Source: Azolla caroliniana (lineage: Eukaryota > Plantae > Polypodiophyta). Taken from it: a stretch of 64,000 bases of DNA. The stretch lies in assembly GCA_043228905.1 (NCBI GenBank), contig JBHGNT010000018.1, forward strand, positions 9,052,001 through 9,116,000, in the 5' to 3' direction. The translations under genes and the position numbers were made by a program. Below, in pieces: positions 24,346 through 37,383 of the stretch. Below the pieces are notes generated by a model. It ran no database searches and was not told the DNA's origin. It worked only from the letters and a program-made list of their open reading frames with translations. Numbering within the stretch: the first letter of the stretch is position 1; each line of letters begins with the position of its first letter.

Positions 24346-25203
24346 AAACCGGAACTGGCGGCGGAGCCGGTGAGGCGGCGGCAATCGGCGACCGGACGAG
24401 GCTGGACGCAAACCGAACGGATAACAAGATCATGTGGTTATTAAAGTAAAGTAAAGGGAACTAAAGTAAAGGTCATGTGAACGGTTGCATGCAACTAAAA
24501 GAAAAAGTCATGCAACTAAAAATAGATGCAACTAAAAGAAAAAGCTACGCAACTAAAAGTAGAGGCCATGCAACAAAAAGTGGACATGCTATGATCAACG
24601 GAGAACTTCATATAAAATTCCATTGTTTTTTACACTCAGGCTCTCTCTCCATTAATTTTCTTTTCCTTCTCAGCTCCCTTATCTTAGGGAAGCCATATCT
24701 CTCATAAACCCTAATTTCCCTATGGAAGCCATAAGGCTCATAAACCCTTTCCCTACGGAAGCCATAAGACTCATAAACCCTAATTCCCCTACGGAAGCCA
24801 TAAGGCTCATAAACCCTAATTTCCCTATGGAAGCCATAAGACTCAAAAACCCTAATTTTCCCTACGAAAGATCTATCACTCATAATTCCAAATTTTTCCA
24901 TACGGAAGCTATTCAACTCATAAACCATAATCTCTTATCAAAGCTAAAAAACCCTAATTTTCTATAGAATCCATATCTTAATTTTCTCTTATCTATTACT
25001 CTAGTAATCTCCATAAGCTAAACTTTTATAATTCCGATCTTGGGATTAATTGTAATATTTCTTTTCTATTTATTAATGAAATTTGTCAATCTTTCTCATT
25101 TTCCATTAATTGTTTAATATAAACATACGTATTTGATATCTTTCGGTTGGAGGCCCCGAGGTCCTGCCTCAAGTTCACGTATCCTCGTTGTATTTTCGCG
25201 ACA
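24346..25203 (+). mobile_element. Probable 5'-truncated LTR ending CGCGACA
   Basis: Abrupt break in the RT frame; TATAAAA near 24611; end resembles the LTR end at 45312 and 49379. Confidence 0.5.
24690..24965. repeat. About 36-bp tandem repeat containing the telo-box AAACCCTA
   Basis: Unit CATAAACCCTAATTTCCCTATGGAAGCCATAAGGCT, about 5 good copies plus decayed ones. Confidence 0.9.
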
Positions 25204-26804
25204 GCGTAAACCGCACCTGCATCCCCTAGTCGACAATCTGTCCGATAGATATCAGGTTCTTCGTGATGGTTGGAACGTGTAATACGTTCATCAACTTCCC
25301 CCTCTGTCCAACGTGGCTCAAAGGGACTTCTCCGACATGTACGATTGGATGTGGGGTGTCGTCTCCGGTTTTGATGACTCCCGGTTGTCCGGTTTCTCCA
25401 AGAAGGAGAACCACTCTCTGTGGCTCGTCATGTGATTCAACGCACCGAAATCAACGTACCACACTTCCTCCGATTTGGAAGTGGTCTTCTTCATCGAGTT
25501 AGCGTCGTATTTCATCACCAAGGCTGGTGTCGGCCTTTACTTGCTGGCCTTGACTCCCCTTGCTTGTGGAGGGTCCGGAACTGTTGTCGGCACGTTCTCT
25601 GTGCCTTCGGTCCTGCTCTTGCCGGCCGCTACCATTGCGAGCCGACCCGCCTCGTCCACCACTCCCACGGGGCCGATCTGCCTCTGTGTACAACATCCGA
25701 CTGTCGGTGGGTGCACTTGTTGACGCACCAACGTGGTTCTCCTCTATGAGGAGCATCGATTGTAAGTCGAAAAATGACGGCGTATTCTCCCTTGTACACA
25801 CAGTAGTTCGAAACGCTCCGAACTTTGACGCCAAACCTCCGAGACAGATTTGCACCATATCGGCTTCTTTGATATTCACATCGATGGAGGCAGAGAGTTG
25901 CAAATGTCCTTGATTTTGGAGGTGTAGTCTGCCATTGACAAGTCGTGTTGTCGTAGGTTGCTTAGCTTCTATCGGAGTTGAAGCTTCCTTGCTGTAGTGC
26001 TTGTGGCGAAAATCTTCTTCAGATTTCCCCAAGCATCTTTCGGCGTTTTTGTATCCCGAATGTAGCTTAGGAGTTGTTCGCCCACACAAGACGCGAAGCA
26101 GTATAGTACGTTGCTTGCCGACTGTTCCCACGCTAGGAAATCTGTGTGTCGATTCAGGTGCTGTGTCATTTGCTTCGTCGACATAGCTCCAATAACCGTG
26201 CCCGAGCAGGTACTGGTGCATATTGTAGGACCAAGGCGCGTAGTTGTTTCTGTCGAGCTTCTCCGTTGGAAGCGAGCTAGCCATGCCTCTATCCATCGGT
26301 TTTACCTGTTCTTCTTGGTTGGTTTTCCTTTCAAGCTATGTTGACTGCAGAGGTTCTCAACCCTCACGCTCTGATACCATGTAAAAGAATAGTGTGCGGA
26401 AGCAATAGAAAGCCGAAACACAGAAACGTAGGTTTAATGGAGAGCTTGAATATACACAGTACGCGGGAGAGACAGAGAGAGAGAGAAAGAGCAGAATATA
26501 AGCCTCTATTCAAAATAACTCTAAAACTCTGTAATACTCTGTACATCGTATGTGTTCAATGAACACTTTTATACAAGTCCATACGGACTAACAGAAGTAC
26601 GTTGTACTTCAATGCTCACACGAGCGTCTGACACTAACTACAAGACCTTAACTACCTAGTAGTCTAGCTGCTACTTGGCTTCAGGTTACTACTTGATCCG
26701 GCTAACCGGCTCCCCAGCTCATCGGCTCACTTGCTCACCGGCTCACCGATCCGGCTCTTCCTTCCGGATGCCAATCCGGATCCGGTTGAGCTTACCGCTC
26801 AACA
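25204..26804 (-). mobile_element. Copia 5' part (LTR 26380-26804, PBS-Met 26368-26379, gag, protease), related to 53665-59425
   Basis: MASSLPTEKLDRNNYAPWSY and VWYVDFGALNHMT; TGGTATCAGAGC on the minus strand; LTR TGTTGAG..TTTACA. Confidence 0.9.
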
Positions 26805-27167
26805 CTAAATAATAATAATAACAGACATATTTGTAAATAGCCCATATTCTATTGAGGTAAAATACCTCTAGGGAAAAACTTTAGTAGAATAGAATAGAGT
26901 GATTTAGAATAAAGTTTCCGTAGTTGTGTGTAAAGAAGAGTGCAACAGAGAAGTGTGTGTAAGTGGTGCCATAGCTATGATGCCAAGAGCCTTGCGAGGC
27001 TAATACGTTCTATTTGAAGAGTGTTGTAATCTGTTTTATCTCTATATATTCTCTGATATAGTGGATCTCTGTTTCTGTGGTTTTCCTCGTTTAGGGTTTC
27101 CATGTCAAACTCTGTGTATTTGCTGTTTTTACGTTCTGCATGTACATTTCATCATATCTTCCTAATA
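26805..27167 (+). repeat. Partial Copia-like LTR
   Basis: GTGGTTTTCCTCG..GGGTTTCCATGTCAAAC motif, similar to the minus strand of solo LTR 1295-2122. Confidence 0.5.
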
Positions 27168-27169
27168 GA

Positions 27170-28140
27170 TCTACAATTAGATCCCTTCAATTTCTATAAT
27201 AACATTGAATCTATCCATAATGACCAAATTTACCACATACATAACATTTATTTTCACTTCTATTACTTAACTATCTTCCTTGACCCTTACCTTGTAGTTT
27301 GCCTCTACCTCTTAATCCTCCTCGATGACGTTGATTTTGACTTTCATCTCTATCATGATGTTGAAAGTCATTAATCCCTCCTCTTCCTTGTTGTCCTCGT
27401 CCAAATATACATCTTCCTCTTGATCCTACAAACAACACTTGCAGTTGATTGCCCTTGGGATGTGAACCTTATAGGTTCATCTCCTCCATAATCATTAGTG
27501 AAACCAATTGATCAAAATATGGTAAATGCTCTCTAACATATATTGATGTAGTAAAAGTGTTCCACTTATCATCATCTTTTAAACCATTCAACGTATATGT
27601 AATTAAATCATCATCATCTAATGTTGATTTAATAGATCTTAATGCATCCGCGAATTCCCTACCTCGTACATTATAATAATTTCTAGTAATTGAGGGAGAT
27701 TTCCTTAAATTATTCAACTCACTCTTTCATTGTATGTTAGAGGTAAAATATAGTCTCTCTAAAGTATCCCACACTTGTTTTGATGTAGTTAACTCTGGTA
27801 TATGACCAATCATTGAATTTGATATAACTTGTGAAAGAAAGAATATACCGCTTTTATCCCTTTAATTCCATTGATTAAATTGTCTTAGTTGATCTTCACT
27901 TAGTTGTGATGGCAATTTCAAGTGGTGGCTCTTCTCTTGTCACTAACCTCCACCAATTCTTACCAAGTAGATAATTCTTCATACGGAATCTCCATGGTTG
28001 ATAGTTGAACATTCTTTCTCTTGCTTCTCAATTTGAGAGCTAATATCCGCCTTATCTCACTACACCGTGAGAGTTAATAATATGGTTTATGATTAGATTA
28101 ATAAGACTATTTTAATTAGATTAGCAAGTCTCTAATACCG
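27170..28140 (-). mobile_element. Old, decayed Copia gag fragment with a degenerate PBS near 28130-28140
   Basis: Minus strand reads NYQPWRFRMKNYL, KQVWDTLERLY and DDDLITYTLNGL. Confidence 0.65.
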
Positions 28141-28999
28141 AATTTTGTGAGGATTTATGCTATTCTCACACATCTAGAAGAGTAGTAGGCCACTTCTAAT
28201 TCATAATATGTGTTTAAATAGGCACAAAAACTAAGATACCATAAAATATAAGAAGAAAATACATGCAATTAAGCAAGCATATGGATCAAATAAGACTATA
28301 ATAGAATAGAATTATTGCTTATACATGGAGAATAAACATGGATACCTTAGATGGCTTAGGAGAGAAATGTCCTAAGCTAACTCTAGCTTGAGGAGGGTGC
28401 CTCTATTTTGAGCCCAATTCTTTTATATCCATGCATTGCCTTTTATAGAAAACATTGCGTCTTAAATTAGTTGTATGTCTAATTTGGGTGATTGATATTT
28501 TTTACATATTGTTAAAATTTGACCATTGGTTTGCTATTCTTTTTCTTCCTTGATGCACATTTCTTTTCTCCACCATAGAATTACTCTTTTAAATTTTTTT
28601 CTTGCCCACTACTTTTAAAGTAAATAGATATATGTCTAATGCAAAATCTTTATAATATATTTTAATTATTAGTATTATCTACTATATTATTATATTTTAA
28701 TAATATACTAGGCTACATATTTACTTATTTATTAAATAAAACTTATAACCTACTTATAAAAACTCAATAGATTTACATTTTAATATACTAATGAGTTTGT
28801 TTATTTCAAGAAAAATGACCGTCAATACACACACACATATTTATGTACGTACGTATGTTTTAGTAAGCAATTGGTAATTATAAGATTTTTTTATTTAAAC
28901 ACAAGGATTAATGAAAAAAACTACTTGTATTTGAAATGAAATGAACAATTATGGTGAGATGATGTATCTATGTTTTATTGGTTAATTAATAGTGCTTAG

Positions 29000-31672
29000 C
29001 TATATTAGAGTCTCTTTTACCCTGGAGGGTGTTTTGATATGATGGAAAAACACATGTTTTCTCTTCTTGCTAAAGATTATCCATAGGAGAATAGAGAACA
29101 TGAGGCCTCCAGAAATAAGAGCTAGCCCAATGTACTGGCATTTGAGATAATCATGAAGATGATAGCAATGTTGGTGACGGATCGTGATGAAGGCATCACG
29201 AACAAAATTGCAATTCACAATGTCTAAAAGGAATGGGATATCGTCATAAAGCATATTAATGATAGAAATTGATTGGTTGAGGCGATCAAATGTTTGCATT
29301 GTTAGTGTACAAGTGTAATTTGTTGTTGTGCTACTACTATGATTGTCACACACGTAAGGCAACCATGCCTGCATTAAAAAAGAAGAGAGAATGTAAGACA
29401 TATTGAGGGAGATTAGTAGTCAAAACTCCGCTTTAGTTATACTTTTTAGTTTTCCACGATTAGAACATAAAGCCTATTTTTCCTTGTTTAATAATGCTAG
29501 AAAATCTTCATGGGACACATTATTCCAAGTTCCAACACACAATAATGTTCAAAGCTCACCTGAGCCGCTGTGGAAATGTTCACGCAATTGACACCATGAG
29601 CAACCAATGATAAACTTGATGACTTTGAGAAAGACGGATTACACAAGGGCAAAATTGGACTTGATGTTGATCCATTGATGAAATTGGTTTCTATGCCCTT
29701 GTTAATCCCTCTAATTGTATCATTCACAAGTTGGGTTGTTTGATCTAGCACGGAATGACTGACATTCATGCTAACACAAGGCAAAATCTCTTTTAATGTG
29801 GTATTGGCCAAGGGGTTGGCAATCCATTCTCCCATCGCAACACATGCATCACCAACTACACTGTAAGAGGAATATTAAAGACTTTGGGTAAATTCGAATA
29901 AAGAATCTTTAAGAACTCAAAGATTTCCACTTACTTATCAAACATGATGTAAAGTCCACATAAAATCCAAGTGCCAACAACAAGAAACCATGCCACCATT
30001 ATCAACCTACATCATCAAAATGATCATATTTGAATGATAGTAAGGTATTTCTCTAGATAAGAACAATTGAATAGTATTTGAATAAGAAGGCTTACAAATA
30101 TAAGAGAGGCATCATTCCAAGTGTCGAGAATACTGCATAAAATGTCATCATAATGTTTTAGAAATGTGAATTACATTTCACCTTGAGCCACCATTATGAG
30201 AAAAGATAATATTAACATGTTCGGTATATACATACATAGACATGTTCTCTAACATACATACATACTTTATATACTTACATACATAGAATGAACCATACGT
30301 GCATTCACATTCGAGAACGATTCAATCAAACGTGTATGGTAAATCATCTCAAAGTTGGATTGACTATGGTCTATAATATATATTATATATTGATTCACTC
30401 TCAATCCCAATAAGTGGACTTTAATCCATTGTGAACTACCAACATAAGTATGCGTGCAATATTTGCATTGTATCACATGCATACTTTTGAGATGCTTCTT
30501 AAGAATCATTTGCATTGTATGACATGCATACTTTTGGGATGCTTCTTAAGAATCAAGACATCTCTATCATCCTCACTTTAGAACTTTACAAAAAAATAAG
30601 TATGAACTATAGAGATTGAATCAAAATATGTCATTATAAATTATAATCAAACATTCAAAAACTCATAAAACGTATATTTGAGAATATGAAGAAAACATAA
30701 AACGTATATTCGAGAACATGACATAGGCAGTAGTAGCATAACAACATACCACTAGGGTGAGCTAATTTCTAATAACAAAGAAAAAAGAAGATAAAAACTA
30801 TGACAACACTAACATAAAAATTTGTTATGACATGGTACTAACGAGAGAGAGAGAGAGAGATTAAAAATTTGGGAGTCGAACCCAAGACATAGACAACAAT
30901 AGCATGACTCCTTACCACTAAGGTGAATTGAATTTGTAATGCTAATAAATGAAAAGAGCAATAGAAAAAAATGAGCACACATTTTTCCCTTTTCAAACGT
31001 GTTCGTTTTCAAACGTTTTTAAACGTTTGAATGCTTGCACGAACACGAATATTACGTTATATGCAAGTTACATATATGTATTTATGTACAAGTGGATATG
31101 CAACTATGTTTAGACATCTAGATTATTATTATTATTATTAATCTAGATTGTTATTATTAACATGAACGAACTATATGTACGTGATGGGGCTATACCAAAT
31201 CCAAGGAGACTCAAAGCTAGCATTATTCCAGCAATGATTACCATTGCAAGGCGCCTGCAAAGAAATTGAAGAAAATTGTTTAGCACTTTACCAAGTTTGT
31301 AGTTTTTCATAATTTATATCAACATATATATGCAAGTATTATTTAGAAGAAGAAGATCGAGATTGAGGAAGGAATAATGCTGAAGTTGAAGTCTTACGCC
31401 GAATCTAACGTACTTCGTATGTATTTTGCATTTTCATGTGTGTTTTTTTCCAACAATCTTGCGCCTTCGACTAATGCAGAGGACAATGACGTGAAGTTCA
31501 TACTCTTCGATTGTGGTACAAAATATGTTATGTTGGGGAGGGATGCAAATACATTATTTCGCAACCGAGTGACCACATGATCGGACTTGCCAACGACATA
31601 GTCTAATGTAGCTTCAACCTCATCATTGGCCTTCCCCTGGTAGACATATACAAGCATGCTACCCACCCTGTA

Positions 31673-31706
<34 letters not shown>

Positions 31707-32955
31707 ATGGCCAAATAGGAAAGAAATGGGAACAGTTTTTTAAGGTTTCTTCAATGGATGAAATGGGGTTTCTATGCCCCCCTTGCATAAATAATAACTA
31801 ACTTTTTTTGTTTTTTAAAACTTACACAGAGACAGCGGTGAAGAGAAGCAGGAAAAGAAGAGGCAAGCAGACATGGCCGCTGTGGGAGCCCTTGAAGATG
31901 TTGAAACAACAGCAGAAGAAGAGAATGAAGAGGAATGGCAGGCCTAGCAATAGCCAGAGCCCCGCCAGAATGAATCCCGGCCGCGCCGTATACCCCACCG
32001 ACTGCACACCATCATCATCAAGAAGACCAAAAAACCTTAAATGTTGTACCAAATCCATCTTGAATAAACTAAAATAAACCTTGAAACTGCAAATTATATG
32101 GCCCAGTTTAACCGACTCCCACGATTCAGGTATTATTATTCTAGTATGATATACATATATCCTGATTCCCATCCATCTAGTGCCTGATAGATAATCCCTA
32201 CCTAGTATATTCCGATCAATAATTCCCATGACAAATTGAAGATGGAAAACATTATTGATTACATTACCGCCCAATAATGCTTGTTTTGAACATCCCAACC
32301 TCCCATATAGATGCGGAAATCTTTGAGAGGATCTTGTCTCTCCGTCCGTTTTCTAGCGAGAATTACAAAATCAGTGGTAGAATTTGCGGATCTATTTGAA
32401 TCCGCAGAAAAAACGGAGCTATTTGAACCTGTGGAAACAATGGTAGAAAATTAGGACTCCCCAAGAAATTCGGAATCGGAAGAGAAATTTTCAGAGAACA
32501 GCGGAAAAAGAGAGGGCAGGGCAATTAAGGAAAACAATGGGGATTCAAAATATAAAAGCAAAAAACACAGAAGAAAATGCCCATCAGGTTTTTCCATGGT
32601 AGTCTTTTGGTTACTGAAATATTTGAGGCTACAAAACTAACAGAAATTTGAAGATAAGAAACAGCGAGATCGATGAAATGTAGCTTAATAAACTTTCGTC
32701 TTTTTCTCTTCTTTCCGTTCGTGATTATATAATGTATATTGCCAACAACAGAAAACAGTATAAGTTCATGTTCTAATCAAATCGTGGTGATATACTACAA
32801 TGAAGTCAAGATTGAATTGAGGGGGTAAAAACATTACCTTGATTAAGCAATGGAAAAGCTTGTGAGCAGTAATGGATTGGATGAAGAAGGAAGAAGAAGA
32901 AGAAGAAGAAGAAGAAGCAGAGATTATGAAAATAATGAGCTGCAGAGTATGGCAT
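29000..32955 (-). CDS. Intact 9-exon host gene, 520-aa multi-pass membrane protein of the plant Tweety-like family (Arabidopsis AT1G71110/AT2G12400 type)
   Basis: Exons (minus strand) 32955-32838, 32428-32268, 32001-31826, 31667-31398, 31254-31196, 30132-30096, 30006-29935, 29860-29560, 29368-29000; all introns GT-AG and in phase, 1563 nt in total; motifs RTERQDPL..Y.GGW..NKHYWASVGYT and DACVAMGEW..P..T.L.EILPC; N-terminal signal peptide; alternative ATG at 33024. Confidence 0.88.
30400..30480 (-). mobile_element. Possible hAT transposase BED-finger remnant in intron 5
   Basis: Translates as IQCKYCTHTYVGSSQWIKVHLLG; a small direct duplication lies next to it at 30476-30555. Confidence 0.4.
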
Positions 32956-33227
32956 TATTGCAGACAATAACAGGAAAGGAGGATTGCTGCTTCCAACAAG
33001 AGGAAAGAAGAAGAAGAAGAACATGCAAAAAAGAGTTTTTATTTCATTAGTTATTTCTTGATATGAACAAAAGATTTTGTAACTCCAGAATCAAAGAAGG
33101 GGATTGGGGGGAGAGAGATTTGAACCCGGATGGATGAAGGCCATGGCTATTGTTTCCTTCTCATTTTCTATGAAATCTGTAGCTGTTTCTCAAACTTGTG
33201 TAGCGTTAGTGTATTGAGTTTTACATG

Positions 33228-33237
33228 AGAGAGAAAT

Positions 33238-33268
<31 letters not shown>

Positions 33269-33270
33269 AG
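33228..33270. repeat. (GA)n tract in the 5' UTR or promoter of the host gene
   Basis: GA dinucleotide run about 300 bp upstream of the ATG. Confidence 0.8.
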
Positions 33271-33960
33271 GGTTGGTGAGAAGAGAAACCGAACCTTCTA
33301 ATGGCCAAGTAAATTAGTCACCAAAGACTTAGAAACTAAGCTTAATTAGTTTCCTAAAGGCTTTTATTAGGAGTTTAGCTTAGCTAGTTTCCTCAAAGGC
33401 TTTTACAAGGAGTTTAACGTCGTCGTGCCACCTACATGAAATATAAGATGATGGAACTTTGAATCAAGTAACTAACCTCACGAATGAATAAGGACTACTG
33501 TTGTTGGAATGTGTTGGGAGCTGTTTAGACCCTCCTCGAATATGTTGCTCCGAGACATGGTTTCATAAATTGCACTTTATAGCATGCATCTATTGTGACC
33601 TTCTTATGATTAGAATTTCACCGAGATGATTGCAATGTTATATGCTCTCAAATTTGAAGAAAACTATACATGTTCATGTATGTGATCCTAGAACCCTATT
33701 GATTGTTCACGTTTTTAGATTGCCAACATGTTGGTTTCATGACCACTACTTTTGTTCACCCAAAACAGCCCTCAAAAACATGAAGATTTGATGGTTTTGA
33801 TTTGTTTACCAATAACAAATGCCATGACACAATTAGAAACATTTAATGTGCATCAAATAGGTCTCTTAACCAAGACAATTAGGAATAATCGTTTGGTTTT
33901 AGATGGAACCCCCAAAAGTATACTTCTTCAAAGTAACAACGCAAAACACAAGACACTTCT

Positions 33961-35420
33961 TTGGTGCATAAATATTCATCAGACCCCACTTTTTCAATCC
34001 TATTTGAAAAATTACATATTGACCTCGACCACATGTCAAGACTCCATAATGCCAGAAAGAACCCAACCAAGTATCATTTAATGCAATGCAAAGTCCCACT
34101 TTCAAACAATTATCACCAACTGCAGGCACCCAGAACTGGCTCCACTTGCCTGGCATCAAATTTACGTATTTCTGAATCCTTTGCTCATTTAAATGATGCT
34201 CTTGAATAAGAAGAACATCAATCCTAGCTACCAAAGACTTCCTCAACTGCCGATGGAAAACACTCACTTTACGACAATTTTTGCCTCCTAAGCCCCGTAC
34301 ATTCCATGAAATAATATTTAACCTATACATCAATCATAGTTTCCCCCCCTGTTCTCCTTTTAGCAAGCGTGACATCTCTACCCTTCCTTCCATCCTCGAA
34401 GGCTCGTAATTGTCTCTTATTAGTGCAAAGTTCTTTCCCAATCACCTTATGTGAACGCACTGGCATGTGCTTATCTATTGTAGAAACCCTATCCGAAGAC
34501 CTAGCAATAGAAGTGAAATCAACTATATTCGCACAATCCATGTCAACATTTACAAGATGTACCTTGATCCCTTCATTGTGTTTAACATCATTCACAACTA
34601 AGGACATATCAATCTGTTGTACTTGATCGAAAACAATTTGTTTACCCTTATTAGATTTCTTATTAACCTTTGTAACATTTTCCGACGATTGTACCTGTAA
34701 AAGGATGTCCTGCAAATTCTGTTCCACCCGTTGTTCCTTTGTAACATCCACTTTCTTACTATTGACATCCTTTTCCTATTCTTGCAGGGAATGGTAAGGG
34801 TTAGCTTCGACTAATAACAATGGGTTAACCAATGTACTCGTTGGCTTGAAAACATGTTTTGTAGAAACAGTAGACCAGCCATCATTATTAGTTGCTGATC
34901 GAGGAGGTGGATGGGAATCAACATTTGGGCGTTGCTTTTGACACTCTCGACCTAAATGACCAAACTGACGACACACGACATTGATTAGGAAAACCTTGAA
35001 AATAAACATTTTCCATAACCGGAGGTTTATTGGTAAGCAAATTAGGTAAAGAAATCGATGTCGGCAAACGAACACTTCTTGGGGCGATCAACCGAACAGT
35101 TGGAACCCCACCTACTCTATCTGACCTTGAAGCTTGTCCATCACGCGTAAGAATGACTTTTCCTAACAAAGCCCCAATGTGAGGAAGAACATTCCTCCAG
35201 TCTTTTCTTAAACCGGGGAATATTGCCATAAAAATCATAGTAGACTCCTGATCTTGCAAAATCTCATCCACGTTAACATTATGTGACCATTTATGAAAAG
35301 AAATCCACGCACCTTCCACGCCTGCTTCCTTAATTGCGAATAATTTGGTAACCGAGTCCTCATCTGCAAATTCCACATGATAACATCCTCTAAACATAAA
35401 TTAAATGTCGAGGATGTTAG
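33961..35420 (-). mobile_element. L1-clade LINE, inverted 5' part (ORF1 C-terminal half with zinc knuckle, and endonuclease N-terminus)
   Basis: PNQCRV/CRQFGHLGREC knuckle; IISWNVRGL, LLIQEHHL, MNIYAP. Confidence 0.8.
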
Positions 35421-35788
35421 TGTCATGATAACAATCACATCATGTATCAAAAGGACCATGACACTTACATTATGACTCGAAAAGATTTGAACCCACGACT
35501 TTGTCGTACACATGTCAAATCTTTAACCATTTATTAATATTCTTATATGTATAGTTTTTAGAATATGAAATCTAATATTATAGGAATATTCTATATTACT
35601 GTACATTCTAGAATGACCTAGAATATTCTAGAGTGTTCTATATCACTAGAACCTTCTAGAATACTCTAGAGATCTTCTAGATTACTCTACATTCTAGGAT
35701 AACCTAGAATATTCTAGAGTGTTCTCTATTACTTATAAATAGGGATCTACCACTCATCCCAAACCTAAATTGGTTCAAACTGTCAAGA

Positions 35789-35825
<37 letters not shown>

Positions 35826-35830
<5 letters not shown>

Positions 35831-36620
35831 ATTATCGTCTTCGGAGGTCAAATATGACCTATGAGACCAAAAAATATTACATTTCACGTGATACGTGTGA
35901 AAGTGAGTAATGACTCTCGATGTTCAAGAACTTTACCAATGAATGTTGCAATCGAGAGTGCACATTGTGGTTGTGAGAGGAATTCATGCAAAGATTGGGC
36001 TCGGTCGAAGAGATGTGGAAAGCATGGTCGAATGTGATCAAAGGCAGAGCATTGTATCAAAGTGTGATACTTAGACTCGCGAACTTGTTTAGGGCAAAGT
36101 GTGTATAGCCGACCACTCTAATCACTTGTGCCCCAACGCTCCGTTTCACATCGCAATGCATGTGAGCTAAGTCGCATGGAAGCAATGGTTCGAATGGCAG
36201 ATAACGGTATGGGCTCTAACATGTATCGATGTGTACGATTTCCCCGTTCTGCAAAGAATATGGTTTTGTAGTTAGGTGCAACATGTGTAGTATAATGTGT
36301 GAAGCGTGAGCCTCCACATTTGTCCCATGTCATGATACATTGGCGTTGCAAGAAGGCCTCATTTACAGAGGAATCTAATGATGCATCATGAAGCAAGTGT
36401 CTCACATCCCATCTACCAAACCATTTTTCTATATCTTGCATCCAACTGGAACACAATTTTTTTGCTTTTATGCGTCTTTTGGATAGTTTTGCTTGCTTCC
36501 CATGCAATTCTAGGAAGTCAATGTGAGGGACTGTTTTGAACCTTAAGCATGTATTCAACAACCCTTTCCATGGCCATGATTTCAATTGGAAGCGATCTCG
36601 TCTCAAGGAGGACGTCGGTG
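35826..36620 (-). mobile_element. 3' fragment of an RTE-X/RTE-like LINE inserted into a (GA)n tract
   Basis: MRLSSHALRCETERW..LCP..ESKYHTLIQC..HIR C-terminal motif; ATAATATAAT tail; (GA)n on both sides. Confidence 0.6.
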
Positions 36621-37226
36621 TAGAGAGAGAGAGAGATAATTGAAAGAGAATTATTATTGAAGAGTAAAATGGATTACATGGGAAACCTAAACCGTTGTTC
36701 TCTTCTTCTATTCAGAAACCCTAAATTCTTTTGCTTTCTTGTCAATAAACCCTAACACGTTACTCTTCTTTTCTTCAGAAACTCTAATCCTCTACTTTCT
36801 ATCGCAAAACTCTCCATCATGGTCTTCTGTTCAGAAAATCTTAAATTTGTTCTAAAATGCTGAAATTGTTCTTCATTTAGAAATCGAAAATCGTCTTCTT
36901 TAATTCAGCGACACTGAAATGTTGTTCCTTTCTTCAAAACCAAAGAATATTGATCTTCATCTTCGAAAACCCTCAATGTTTAGAAATTCTACAAACTTTT
37001 CTAATTTCCTTCAGAAACCTTACAATCTATTCTTCTTTCTTTAACTTTTCTTGTTTTTTTAGGAATCTCTTGTTCTTTTCTTCAGAAACACTAAAACCTC
37101 CATCTCTTCTTTAGAAACATTCAAAACCTTCTCCCTCTCTTAAGAAACCTTGGGACACACCTCCCTCTACACTAATCAGATAGGCAAAGATAGATTTCCA
37201 TTAGAACCGAAGGAGAAGAGAAATAC

Positions 37227-37383
37227 CTAAGAAGAAGGAAGAAGAAGGCGATGAGAAGGATCGGGCTACAGGAGAAGAGGATTGACGGAGGTTAGAACTT
37301 CCTTTGGAACAAGAAGAAGACGAAGATAAAGAAACCAAAGGAGCTCCTAAGCTCATCACTCCCATGGAGATCGCCATAGCCAT
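37227..37383 (-). pseudogene. Orphan first exon encoding a chloroplast transit-peptide-like sequence, inside the chromovirus
   Basis: MAMAISMGVMSLGAPLVSLSSSSSC..SPSSSFFLG, Ser-rich with no acidic residues, followed by an AG/GTATTT donor and intron-like DNA. Confidence 0.5.

Noticed and set aside
33450-33960. Possible additional old LINE 3' fragment
   Set aside because: Too decayed to support with a recognisable motif.
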